Virus record (IMG/VR): IMGVR_UViG_3300017432_000006
Coordinates: 8,857-72,856 of that record
DNA: 64,000 bases
Reading direction: 5' to 3' (one strand)
DNA from: a virus
Lineage: Duplodnaviria > Caudoviricetes
Shown here one piece after another: positions 31,209 to 39,939 of the stretch. The position numbers were made by a program, and so were the translations under genes. The notes beneath the pieces are model-generated. The model did no database searches and was not told the origin of the DNA. It worked only from the letters and a program-made list of their open reading frames with translations. How positions within the stretch are numbered: the first letter of the stretch is position 1; every line of letters begins with the position of its first letter.

Positions 31209-32621
31209 TCAAACTGCAAAAACTGTCCAGTTGTGTCCGTAAACAGATGCGATTGAGTCAAAAATGTCCACCTGCTGTCCTTCATCGGCAACAATTGATC
31301 TAACAAAGAAGTTATTGTACAAATCAGTGGCGTTCGGTGCGTAGTCGAACAACGAGAAAAGACCCACACCACCCTTGACTCTGGTAGTTCCGTTCTTTCC
31401 AATATCCAAGGTCTTCTGTGTTTCGTTAAGAACCTTGACGACGTGAATCCACTTGTCCGTGTCATAGGAAGCGTCAAACGATCTTTGCACCCCATTGATG
31501 TATGTGGTACCAGCATACTGATCTAGGAATGACAAGTCTGAGCCGTCGTGCTTGACCCACATCTGGTATGCCTTTATCACTTGATCTTCTTCGCTGGGAA
31601 TCGTCACGGTACCCGCGCCGATCAATCCTGTATTACTCTCAGCCTTACGAGGGTAGAAGTATTCACCTAGCGCAGAGTTAGTGTCCACTGCTAGATCATT
31701 GATGTATGTTCTGTTGTAGATGTTGATTGTCAAGTCATCTAGGTATCCCGGTGTTCCTTGAGTAAAGACAACTCTAACCTGTAATTCTACAGATAGTTGA
31801 ATGGGCTCATCTTGAACTAGGTTAACCCACGTCGATCCTGATAGACGCTGCACGTAGATACCGCTACCGGAAAAACTGACGGTGGCTGTGTACTCGTCTG
31901 TTTGTGGAAGATAGGAGACCTGCCACGAACCGCCCTGTGCTATACCGTCTATATAGTTAGAAGACACAGTGCTATCGACTACGACGTTGTTCTCTAGCCC
32001 CGGCCAGCCCATATCTCGGTAACTCAGGTAGTTCACCGGTGTCGTCTGGTACTTGTTTAATTCGTAAGAAGTACCGTCAACCGACTGAAAGACATTCTCC
32101 TCTACAACTCCCAGACCGTAGTGTCTCAAAATGGTATCTCCGTCCAGAGAGTAGTGATATGCCGCAAAGGCAGAGCCAAACACTCTTGATGACGTAGACG
32201 AAGAGGAAAGGTTAGACACCTTGCGTACCGCGCCGGGTTCAAATGTCAAAGCACCCACACGCTCGCCATTGAGATATAGGGTTGCTTCACCAGGACTGTA
32301 TGTGGCTACGGCATGGTAGATTCTCTGAGTGTAGGGCACGCTGACCGCGTTACCATCGACGGAGAAAGTGATTGAGTTTTGATCCACAAAAAGACCAGTC
32401 GTATCATCGAAAGCAAGTATGCTGTTCTTAGCCTTGATCGATACCGGGTAGAACCATGCCTCTAGCGAGAATGACTTGGTTGGGACATACGTGTTGAATG
32501 CGTATGTCTGTGCGCTGAGTTTGAATGACTTACCGTCGCTCGCCAGAATGTGTGTGTTCTTGGTGTCGGCGGGAGAGTAGAAAAATGCCGGACTATCCTT
32601 TTCGATGTAATATCTGTACAT
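31209..32621 (-). CDS. LamG/concanavalin-like domain protein (minor virion protein)
   Basis: FSLEAWF..HAVATY....LYLNGE LamG motifs. Confidence 0.7.
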   Translation of the reverse strand: MYRYYIEKDSPAFFYSPADTKNTHILASDGKSFKLSAQTYAFNTYVPTKSFSLEAWFYPVSIKAKNSILAFDDTTGLFVDQNSITFSVDGNAVSVPYTQRIYHAVATYSPGEATLYLNGERVGALTFEPGAVRKVSNLSSSSTSSRVFGSAFAAYHYSLDGDTILRHYGLGVVEENVFQSVDGTSYELNKYQTTPVNYLSYRDMGWPGLENNVVVDSTVSSNYIDGIAQGGSWQVSYLPQTDEYTATVSFSGSGIYVQRLSGSTWVNLVQDEPIQLSVELQVRVVFTQGTPGYLDDLTINIYNRTYINDLAVDTNSALGEYFYPRKAESNTGLIGAGTVTIPSEEDQVIKAYQMWVKHDGSDLSFLDQYAGTTYINGVQRSFDASYDTDKWIHVVKVLNETQKTLDIGKNGTTRVKGGVGLFSLFDYAPNATDLYNNFFVRSIVADEGQQVDIFDSIASVYGHNWTVFAV

Positions 32622-32646
32622 CTTCCGATTTTACCATAGATACCAC

Positions 32647-32771
32647 AAAAGCCCCGCCGAAGCGGGGCTGATGCAGGTAATATAAAACCATCCTAAAGCG
32701 CGCTAATCCATCTGACAAGAATGGCCCAGCGAAGTCTCAGACGCTCTCACTAACTGCGTTCCGAATGACTT
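32647..32771 (-). ncRNA. Candidate ~125-nt small RNA with its own promoter and terminator
   Basis: TGGACT-17-TACAAT at 32806-32778; no ORF; nested helices; ends in a GCCCCGC/GCGGGGC-UUUU terminator. Confidence 0.45.
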
Positions 32772-33306
32772 AGTTATATTGTACCTCACTTGATAGGGAA
32801 AGTCCAGACAGGTAATCAGCCAGACGACGAAGAGTATCTGGATTATCTTTTATTCTTCCTAGCGTTGAGTTACAAGATTGACAGAGTAAACCTCTAACAC
32901 ATTTTCCGCAAGACCTAGACTTCTCGGGACAACAGTTATGATCGTGGTCTACTACCAAAGGTGAGTCATCGCTACCTAGGTTCAGGCACCCGGCACATTT
33001 GCCGTCCTGATCTTTCAGTAATTTCAAGTATTGATCGTAGGTAATCTTGTAATTTCTTAAGTAGTAGGCGTTTTTACCTTCGATGGTTCGATGGTAATTA
33101 TAACCCTTTTTTATTTGCGCTTTACGAACATCAGGACGCTTATATCTTTCTCGTTCGTATTCATTAATACAAATTCTACAAGATGGAGTACGTCCTTGCT
33201 TACAATTCTTATTAATTCTAAACTCTTCTAGAGTCTTAGTTTTCTTACACTTTGAACAAGTTTTCATGTTGGGCTCTAACGTAAAATCCCCGAACAGGGA
33301 GCCCAA
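32770..33306 (-). CDS. Endonuclease VII-type HNH (homing) endonuclease with N-terminal Zn finger
   Basis: QDGKCAGC..VVDHDH.CC....CGKCVRGLLCQSCN.TLG..KDN; N-terminal C..C..C..C. Confidence 0.9.
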   Translation of the reverse strand: MGSLFGDFTLEPNMKTCSKCKKTKTLEEFRINKNCKQGRTPSCRICINEYERERYKRPDVRKAQIKKGYNYHRTIEGKNAYYLRNYKITYDQYLKLLKDQDGKCAGCLNLGSDDSPLVVDHDHNCCPEKSRSCGKCVRGLLCQSCNSTLGRIKDNPDTLRRLADYLSGLSLSSEVQYN

Positions 33307-33381
33307 CTCACCTGTTCGGGGAAGTGTAATTTACAGTCAAATTGTTGGGCTCATTGCTGTATAAGCCAATGATACCACAAA

Positions 33382-34506
33382 TTACTTAATAGGCAGTAGC
33401 CACGCTGCATTCCACGTCTGCTCGCCCAAAAGGCCATTGACCTTGAGACCGGCTAGTTTCTGGAAGTAGCGGACGATACGGTCTGTGTCAGGTCCGAATG
33501 AACCATCAACGTCTAGACCGTAACCGCGCTCTACCATCTGACGCTGCCACTTAGCGATACCAGAAGAGTTGTCACCCTTCTTGAAATACCCGCGACCCTT
33601 AGTCCATCTGGCAGAAGCCGGAACTGTGAGCGCAGGCTTTGGTGCTACAGGCTTCGGCTTGTTCGCTTCTGCCTTTGCTGCGGCTGCTGCCTTATCGGCA
33701 CGCCACTTGACCCAACGACCGTAGTGCTGCCACGTCACTCTTTCGACAACACCCGTTACGGGTACTCCTACCTTCTGCTGTACGACCTTTACTGCATCTG
33801 CTGTCTTGGGACCGTAGAAGCCATCAGCCTTGACCCCGGCCCATCCCTGAATTGCAACAACGTCAGGGCCTCCTAGTTGTGGAACAGTAACCTTTAGTTC
33901 ACGCTCTCCAACGCGGTATGTCTTCTCGGGCTTTGCTACAATTCCGCCCTTGCGAAGTGTTGAAGGATGATCAAGGAATCCCTGTACTGTCGAGCGGAAC
34001 TGATTCATGTTGATACCGGCTGGGTCGATCTTACGACCGCGAGGAACACAAATCTCCTTGTGCGCGCCGACTCTGCTGCTGTTGCGTCTGATGTACTTTA
34101 GCACAGCGGCGGTGCCGCGAGCATATGAATCAAGTTGTGCTGCTGTCCAGTCCTTACCGTTACCCACTGATTCGGCTTCTACACCGATGAATGAGCCATT
34201 AAGATTACTGAATCCTGCCCAACTTGAAGTACCGGCGTGGTTGGAACGACCTGCGGCAATAACATACCATGTACCGTCGCGGCCTAGACCTAGTTGTGAC
34301 AACGGACCGGAAAGTCCTGCACGCCCGTTCTTGACTACGTTCAATGATGGGTAGTTACCTGTCTTGGCACCTACCGTGTGGTGAGGGGTGATTCCCTCTA
34401 CTGCGTTCATGCCGCGCGTACCGCGAGTCTTCCAGCCACTAACCTCAACTACCGGATAGCCTGTTTCTCTCAGTGCGTCAGCAAGCCATGTTGCCCAAAC
34501 TGCCAT
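33382..34506 (-). CDS. Endolysin: N-acetylmuramoyl-L-alanine amidase plus peptidoglycan-binding domains
   Basis: HHT..NHAG..IGVEAE..HKE..KIDP Amidase_2 motifs; two DG.(Y/F)GP.T PG-binding-1 repeats. Confidence 0.92.
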   Translation of the reverse strand: MAVWATWLADALRETGYPVVEVSGWKTRGTRGMNAVEGITPHHTVGAKTGNYPSLNVVKNGRAGLSGPLSQLGLGRDGTWYVIAAGRSNHAGTSSWAGFSNLNGSFIGVEAESVGNGKDWTAAQLDSYARGTAAVLKYIRRNSSRVGAHKEICVPRGRKIDPAGINMNQFRSTVQGFLDHPSTLRKGGIVAKPEKTYRVGERELKVTVPQLGGPDVVAIQGWAGVKADGFYGPKTADAVKVVQQKVGVPVTGVVERVTWQHYGRWVKWRADKAAAAAKAEANKPKPVAPKPALTVPASARWTKGRGYFKKGDNSSGIAKWQRQMVERGYGLDVDGSFGPDTDRIVRYFQKLAGLKVNGLLGEQTWNAAWLLPIK

Positions 34507-34757
34507 TAGTCTTCCTCATCCTCCTCAGGGTGGTCGAGTAGATACTGGTCTCTACCGGCATCCCAATTCTCGGCCTCATAATCTTCTACTGTCTTCTCGG
34601 GGTTGTAACTTACTGTGAGTTCCCCGCTCTCAAATAGTTCTTGTAGTTCTGCGTCTGTTGTTGGCTGCGCGCCGTCGAATGCTGCGTCTCGCTTGTCCTC
34701 AAAAGGAGTCTTGCGGAACTTGCTCACGACCTTACCAATGCTGTTTGCGTTGATCAT
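34506..34757 (-). CDS. Small acidic hypothetical protein
   Basis: 83 aa; RBS AAGGAG; no transmembrane segment, so not a holin. Confidence 0.65.
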   Translation of the reverse strand: MINANSIGKVVSKFRKTPFEDKRDAAFDGAQPTTDAELQELFESGELTVSYNPEKTVEDYEAENWDAGRDQYLLDHPEEDEED

Positions 34758-34788
34758 TTCACTCTCCTTAAGTTATGAGTATAACACC

Positions 34789-34817
34789 AAACCCCCCGAA
34801 CCCAAAGGGCCGGGGGG
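34789..34817 (-). terminator. Terminator after the RNR operon
   Basis: C6/G6 stem followed by UUU on the minus strand. Confidence 0.55.
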
Positions 34818-34829
34818 TAGGTAAGAGTG

Positions 34830-34916
34830 TCAGCCCTCGCAGGCTACACACTCAGGGTTGTCTAGTTTGCACTGAGGAATAACTTCCCAATCATCATCGT
34901 CCCATGAAATATCCAT
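34830..34916 (-). CDS. 28-aa NrdA C-terminal redox-tail peptide (MDISWDDDDWEVIPQCKLDNPECVACEG)
   Basis: In frame with nrdA, two codons after its TGA; own RBS AAGGAG; ends in the C..DNPECVACEG motif typical of class I NrdA tails; absent from the ORF track. Confidence 0.75.
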   Translation of the reverse strand: MDISWDDDDWEVIPQCKLDNPECVACEG

Positions 34917-34919
34917 TTG

Positions 34920-36608
34920 TCAGTTCTCCTTTCTTCTTGCTTTACTGGCTTGCACGCCCGCCTTGGAGCGGAAGTAATATAGTGCCTTGACATAAGGGTC
35001 AAGCATTGCCTGCTTGTGAACATCGCTGATCTTAGCAGGAGATTCCTTGGCATCGAAGAACAGGTTTAGTGACTGCCCCTGATCGATGTACTGCTGTCTG
35101 TCCGAAGCCTGCTGTACGACGTGAACTTGGTCAATCTCGTAAGCAGTCTTGAATACGTCCTTCTCATGACCAGTTAGCCAGTCAACGTCTTGCACAGAAC
35201 CGTTGTTGTCGATGATGTGATCAACAATCTCTGGTGTGTAGACGTTTCTCTCCTTCATGATCTTGAGAAGGGTGGGGTTGACTCTGAAAATCTCCCCCGC
35301 CGCGCTTGACTGGTTCCAAGCGTTAGCAACGATAGGCTCAATGCCCTGCGACACCCCGCCGACGAGCAGCGCGGTTGACATTGTAGGTGCAATTGCCATT
35401 AGGTGCGTGTTGCGCCTGCCGTCAGCCCACTCAGGAGCACCGGCAAGATCGGCCATTGCAGTGCTTGCAATCTCGGCCTCTCTTCTAATGTGATTGAACG
35501 CTTCCTTGTTAAAGATGTAGGCATCCTCAGAATCAAAAGGAATCATGTTGTCCTGTAAGTATGTGTGGTAGCCCATAACACCGAGACCTAGCGCGCGGGA
35601 CTTCTCTGTGAATCGAACCGCGTTCTCTGTTCCCTTAATACCCTTTGCTGCACGGACGAATGCCTCGGCTACACAATCAAGAAACACGGTAGCGTCCTTA
35701 ACGGCAGATGTGTCCTCCCAATCATCGTAGTGAGCCAAGTTCATCGAACTCAGGACACAGGTGAATGAGTGGTCAGCGTCAGAGTGAAGTGTAATCTCTG
35801 AGCACAGGTTACTTGCCTTGACGCTGAGACCGTTCTTGGCATATGACTCAGGGTTGAGTCTATTCACCTTGTCTACGAAGAACATGTATCCTTTACCAGT
35901 AATTGCTCTGGTCTTGAGGATAGCCTTGTAACGACGAACTGCCTCTTGGTCCCCGGCCTTCAACTTATTGATGAAGTCATCGGTGATGTTCCATCCAACG
36001 TTGAGACCATCAGGATTATTGCGAAGGTAGGTCACAATTTCGTCAAAGTCTGCGTGATCTGCTTCGATGTAACCCGCCCATGCTCCTCTACGTGTCGAAC
36101 CCTGAGATGTGTCGTCCATATCCTGAACAAATCCCTTGATGACTGGCATCGGGCCTGCGGCCTTGCCGTTGTCAGAGAACTTTGAACCACGGGGACGGAT
36201 ATCACCAAGGTATGATGACGTTCCGAAACCGTGCTTTGTCAGAACTGCTGACTCTAGACGGCTAGAGTAGAATCCGTAGATAGAATCTACGACATAGTTT
36301 CCTGTACAACTGACAGGAAGTCCACGGGTAGTTCCCAGGTTTGCAAGAACCGGGGTAGAAGGTGAAAGCCAACCCTTCCAGATAAGATCGAAGAAAGTGT
36401 TCTCCCAATCATTCCATCCGTAGAGTTCGGTAGCAATGTCACCGGCTGTCTTGGCGATCTTTTTGTAACGGTCCTTTAGGCTTTGTCCTGGCTCTGCGTA
36501 CTTGAGCATGAACATCTGGTAACCGCCGGTTGTGTACCAACCAGGGACCTCGCCCTTGGCTTGTAATTCCTTTCGCTCATTGGCGAACTTTTCATAGATT
36601 GAAGTCAT
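34920..36608 (-). CDS. nrdA: Ribonucleotide reductase class I alpha subunit (no ATP cone, no C-terminal Cys pair)
   Basis: PVSC, SNLCSEI, AIAPT and LYYFRS motifs. Confidence 0.95.
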   Translation of the reverse strand: MTSIYEKFANERKELQAKGEVPGWYTTGGYQMFMLKYAEPGQSLKDRYKKIAKTAGDIATELYGWNDWENTFFDLIWKGWLSPSTPVLANLGTTRGLPVSCTGNYVVDSIYGFYSSRLESAVLTKHGFGTSSYLGDIRPRGSKFSDNGKAAGPMPVIKGFVQDMDDTSQGSTRRGAWAGYIEADHADFDEIVTYLRNNPDGLNVGWNITDDFINKLKAGDQEAVRRYKAILKTRAITGKGYMFFVDKVNRLNPESYAKNGLSVKASNLCSEITLHSDADHSFTCVLSSMNLAHYDDWEDTSAVKDATVFLDCVAEAFVRAAKGIKGTENAVRFTEKSRALGLGVMGYHTYLQDNMIPFDSEDAYIFNKEAFNHIRREAEIASTAMADLAGAPEWADGRRNTHLMAIAPTMSTALLVGGVSQGIEPIVANAWNQSSAAGEIFRVNPTLLKIMKERNVYTPEIVDHIIDNNGSVQDVDWLTGHEKDVFKTAYEIDQVHVVQQASDRQQYIDQGQSLNLFFDAKESPAKISDVHKQAMLDPYVKALYYFRSKAGVQASKARRKEN

Positions 36609-36714
36609 GTTCGTGGTCTACCTCCGTCAACGTCTTGTATGAAATGATGTACTCGCCCGCGCACACGAGGCAAGTTGCATTCTTGTCTGTGATCAACCAA
36701 TTGCCAATACCCAT
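36592..36714 (-). CDS. 40-aa hypothetical protein with CxxC/HxH
   Basis: TGATG coupling to nrdB; MGIGNWLITDKNATCLVCAGEY...DHEHDFNL. Confidence 0.45.
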   Translation of the reverse strand: MGIGNWLITDKNATCLVCAGEYIISYKTLTEVDHEHDFNL

Positions 36715-37691
36715 CAGAAATCAAACCCATCTTCATCGAAGTTTCTGTTGTACTCGTTCTGAGTACCGTTGAAGAAGTCACCGAACTGCTGTGCGTTGAT
36801 TCCTCGGTAGAACCACTCAGCAATAGGGTTATCGCCAATTTCGTAGCGAGGCTTGAAATCAAGGTACTCGTAGCACAGGTTAAGACGTGACTTGACGAAA
36901 GTAGTCAACTGATCGAAGTCGATACCCTCGATTTCACCCTTCTCGAAGATCATCTCAATGATGCGGGTTTCGTGCTCTAGGATGTGGTCTGCTGCCTCAT
37001 CGATTCTTGTCTTAAGGGCATCTAGTCTTCCCTGGCCCGCGCCTTCCTCGTCTCTCAACTGACGGAAAAGCCATGCTCCTAGTTCGTGGTGAAGGGACTC
37101 GTCTCTAACACTAAAGTTGATTCCTCTTACCACGGTGTTGAGCAGGTTCTTACCGCCGGACTGGAAGTGCTTGAGGAATGCGAATGACGAATACAGAACC
37201 GCGCCCTCTAGCATGGAGAACACAGCAATGGCAAAGAGAAGGTCGTCGTCTTCTGCTGCGTCCTCCACGAACTGCATACGTGCTGCCAGAGTCTCATCAT
37301 TCTTGTAAGAATTAAAGAACTCGTCATTGGCTAGCAGCATCGCCTCATTGATCTTGTTGTAGAAAGGTGCGTGTACTGCCAGTTCGATAGCATTGATCAA
37401 AGCACCAGCCTGCTGAATCTCAGGACGAGGGAATGCCTTGACCACTCGGTCTCCCCAATAACTTGATCCTACTTCTAGTTCGTACAACACGAAAAGTTTA
37501 AGTACGACTACAACCGCCTCATACTCTGCGGGAGTCATGTTTGCTCTGAGGTCTTGAATGTCTTTCTCTACGTTAATCTCTTCCGGTGTCCAGAAGATGC
37601 TTCTCTGCTGCTCGATCTTCTCAAGCACGAACGGGTAATCGAATGTATACGTTGACTTGGGGGTTCTGATCTGTGGTAGTGTGTCCGTCAT
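36714..37691 (-). CDS. nrdB: Ribonucleotide reductase class I beta subunit
   Basis: FWTPEEI, ELAVHAPFY, LEGAVLYSSF and RDESLH diiron motifs. Confidence 0.95.
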   Translation of the reverse strand: MTDTLPQIRTPKSTYTFDYPFVLEKIEQQRSIFWTPEEINVEKDIQDLRANMTPAEYEAVVVVLKLFVLYELEVGSSYWGDRVVKAFPRPEIQQAGALINAIELAVHAPFYNKINEAMLLANDEFFNSYKNDETLAARMQFVEDAAEDDDLLFAIAVFSMLEGAVLYSSFAFLKHFQSGGKNLLNTVVRGINFSVRDESLHHELGAWLFRQLRDEEGAGQGRLDALKTRIDEAADHILEHETRIIEMIFEKGEIEGIDFDQLTTFVKSRLNLCYEYLDFKPRYEIGDNPIAEWFYRGINAQQFGDFFNGTQNEYNRNFDEDGFDF

Positions 37692-37766
37692 TTTATCTCC
37701 TTACTGATAAAAAATGACCCCCTCCCTGGGGGTCCCTGTGATATTTGGTTGTACTATCGTAGCACA

Positions 37767-38720
37767 TCAAATCCGGTCGAAAAGTTGTTGGAACTGCTTG
37801 CGAGTCAGTTCCTGCCAATTGTATTTGCGTTGTGCCGCAACACTTTTCGCAAATGCCAGGCTTGCGTATCTTTTATAATGCACCCGAGAAAGTTCGAACT
37901 TTTTTACCAGATCATCAAAATCTGGTTCGTACATCTTGCCCGGGTGGGTATCTTCCCACGGACTGTCACGAAGAGTAGTTTTCACTAACAGATCGTCAAT
38001 CAGGTGGTCCTCGTAGGGTGCCCAGCCAGACGTACAAATCTGTGGCATTCCTGTGAATACGCCTTGAAGACCCGGAATACCGAAACCCTCGCCCCATGTC
38101 GAGTTGACGAAGACGTGGTGCTTGCGGTACATGTAGGCTAGTTCATTCTCGTTAACCATCTGCTTGATCACCTTGACGTTGGACGGTAGGGTGTTAGGCA
38201 GTAGTGGACGGTGAATCGACTTGAAGGTCAGGCTTACTTCGTTACTGTCCTTGAAGACTTGGTTGAAGGCTTCTAGAGCAATACCCGCGCCCTTCCTGAC
38301 AGCCGCGCCGTCCATATGAAGGTAGCGTAGCACATCTTGTGGTCGACGCTTCTCGGCGTACCAGATATTGCCGTCCACGCCATGCTCGTAAACATAAATT
38401 GGCTTGGTGGTCCACGGTCTCATCCACTCTGCCAGGCGGGGCGAGGTTACCCATAATTCGTCCACCTGCTTGAAACAGTCGATCCAGTTATCTCTAGGTA
38501 GTGTGGACTCCCATGCCATATAACCGACCTTGTAGGATTTTTCTGACGACCACTCCCAACTATCGGGGTGACCGAAGGCCAGTTCTACCGGGGCGCCAGG
38601 GTCTCTGAAAGGAACCTTGTATCCATTAGCCTGTAATGATGTGACGATGTTGAACCCGGCCTCACCGAATCCTGTACCGCGAATTGCCATGTCTGGTGGC
38701 ATTGAGAAGGAAATTATCAT
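37767..38720 (-). CDS. Glycosyltransferase family 4 (GT-B)
   Basis: RKGA and STWGEGFGIPGL GT4 motifs. Confidence 0.88.
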   Translation of the reverse strand: MIISFSMPPDMAIRGTGFGEAGFNIVTSLQANGYKVPFRDPGAPVELAFGHPDSWEWSSEKSYKVGYMAWESTLPRDNWIDCFKQVDELWVTSPRLAEWMRPWTTKPIYVYEHGVDGNIWYAEKRRPQDVLRYLHMDGAAVRKGAGIALEAFNQVFKDSNEVSLTFKSIHRPLLPNTLPSNVKVIKQMVNENELAYMYRKHHVFVNSTWGEGFGIPGLQGVFTGMPQICTSGWAPYEDHLIDDLLVKTTLRDSPWEDTHPGKMYEPDFDDLVKKFELSRVHYKRYASLAFAKSVAAQRKYNWQELTRKQFQQLFDRI

Positions 38721-38732
38721 CCTCCTAGTCTA

Positions 38733-39092
38733 TCACTGACCTCGGAACTGCGCTGTCACCTTAATTCCCGTGGCTGCCAGGTTGAGTGCGAGCACACCGA
38801 GGTTGACGGTAATTTGTCTGACGTCCACACTTGCTGATTTCTTATCACTGGCAAATACAAGATTCTGGAATTGGTAGGCTGCTGTTCCCCATGCTTGAAA
38901 CGACGAAGCATCGAAGTAAATTTCTTTGAAGATCGGACTGCCGTCCGCCTTGACCAGCGGGAAAACACACTTACCGCTTGAGTTGACCAATGTGCTTGCA
39001 TAGGCGATGGTCAGTGACGGCATCAGTGCTCCGTTGACATACACGGTTGACTTGAGGTCTTTCTCGTCGTACAGCGTCAGGTGCTTAGGCAT
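38733..39092 (-). CDS. Hypothetical protein
   Basis: 119-aa ORF coupled to its neighbours. Confidence 0.65.
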   Translation of the reverse strand: MPKHLTLYDEKDLKSTVYVNGALMPSLTIAYASTLVNSSGKCVFPLVKADGSPIFKEIYFDASSFQAWGTAAYQFQNLVFASDKKSASVDVRQITVNLGVLALNLAATGIKVTAQFRGQ

Positions 39093-39684
39093 TGTATTCC
39101 TCCGTGATGACTACTCCCGCGTCATCGATGCGTAGTTTCCATCTCTTGTTCGTGCTATCGGTGATGATGACAGAATTCACTGTCTCCCCGCGCGCGGCCT
39201 TGGTGGCGATGGTATCCTGCAAGGTCTTAAGTCCCGCTGCGTAGTCGGTGGCACTGATCATCGAAGTCATATCGCTTTTCAGTGCGTAGTTACCTACTGG
39301 TTGCTTGGTCTCAAGCACACTGGCAACGTTTTGTACTTCTGTCTTGGTGGCGAAGTTACCCTTTGGCTGCTTTGCATCAATTGCTGAGTTAAGGGAACTG
39401 ACTGCTGCTGTGAGTTCTTGGGTACTGACCATGTTGGTCATATCGGTAGGCTTCAAATACGTACCCGCCGGTTGCTTCTTGCCAATCTCGGTTTGAAGAT
39501 CACCAACCATACCGTTCACTTGGTCGGCTGTGGCGTAGTCACCCTTGTCCTGCTTGCTGGCGATCATACCTTTGATCTTGGCAATCTCGGACTCTAGTTG
39601 GCTGTTGTCAGGCGCGGGGGCAGTGCTGTTGTTGTTACCACCTTGACCCGGGCCACGTACGTTATCTGCTTGTCCTAACTTCAT
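39085..39684 (-). CDS. Fiber-like coiled-coil protein with KQ..G.YA repeats
   Basis: Four KQ(D/P)..G.(Y/F) repeats; C-terminal DSTNKRWKLRIDD.G. Confidence 0.6.
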   Translation of the reverse strand: MKLGQADNVRGPGQGGNNNSTAPAPDNSQLESEIAKIKGMIASKQDKGDYATADQVNGMVGDLQTEIGKKQPAGTYLKPTDMTNMVSTQELTAAVSSLNSAIDAKQPKGNFATKTEVQNVASVLETKQPVGNYALKSDMTSMISATDYAAGLKTLQDTIATKAARGETVNSVIITDSTNKRWKLRIDDAGVVITEEYNA

Positions 39685-39711
39685 AACTCAACTCCCCCAA
39701 GTTTTGTCGAT

Positions 39712-39847
39712 ATTGTACCGCGACCTTTTTCTGCATTCAACTTTGACTTGATTGACGGGTGTGCTATAGTTGTTATTAGTTAGGCAGTAAATCACTGCTT
39801 CGGGTTGGCAAGCCCATCTTGACTAGACTCTCGTGAAGTAGTATACT
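39712..39847. promoter_or_regulatory. Divergent promoter cluster: one leftward, two rightward
   Basis: Minus: TTGAAT-17-TACAAT (39740-39712); plus: TTGACT-16-TATAGT (39743-39770) and TTGACT-17-TATACT (39819-39847). Confidence 0.75.
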
Positions 39848-39852
39848 TACTA

Positions 39853-39931
39853 CTATACAGATGACCCCCACCGGGTCCTATGAATGTTTCCGAGAGTCCG
39901 TTCATAGGGTTGCCCCCGGTGGGGGTTTTTT
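39853..39931 (+). ncRNA. Candidate ~80-nt hairpin sRNA/attenuator
   Basis: Starts just after TATACT; 11-bp plus 8-bp stems; ends in T6. Confidence 0.5.
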
Positions 39932-39939
39932 ATTTGCCT

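Noticed and set aside
32664-32770. tmRNA (GGGGCTGAT start on the plus strand) or hammerhead (CTGATG)
   Set aside because: The match is the arm of a terminator hairpin. There is no T-arm, CCA end, tag frame or complete CUGAUGA/GAAA core.
32640-33380. Group I intron carrying the endonuclease
   Set aside because: The endolysin ends in its own stop, the LamG gene starts normally, and no convincing P7 (R/S) elements flank the ORF.
34506-34757. Holin next to the endolysin
   Set aside because: Highly acidic with no transmembrane segment.
34880-34922. Selenocysteine recoding of the nrdA UGA
   Set aside because: No clear SECIS hairpin follows the UGA, and the codon lies in a linker rather than at a catalytic position.
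36592-36714. 40-aa CxxC ORF as donor of the NrdA redox tail
   Set aside because: The 34830..34916 peptide matches the tail far better; CxxC plus HxH looks more like a Zn-binding site.
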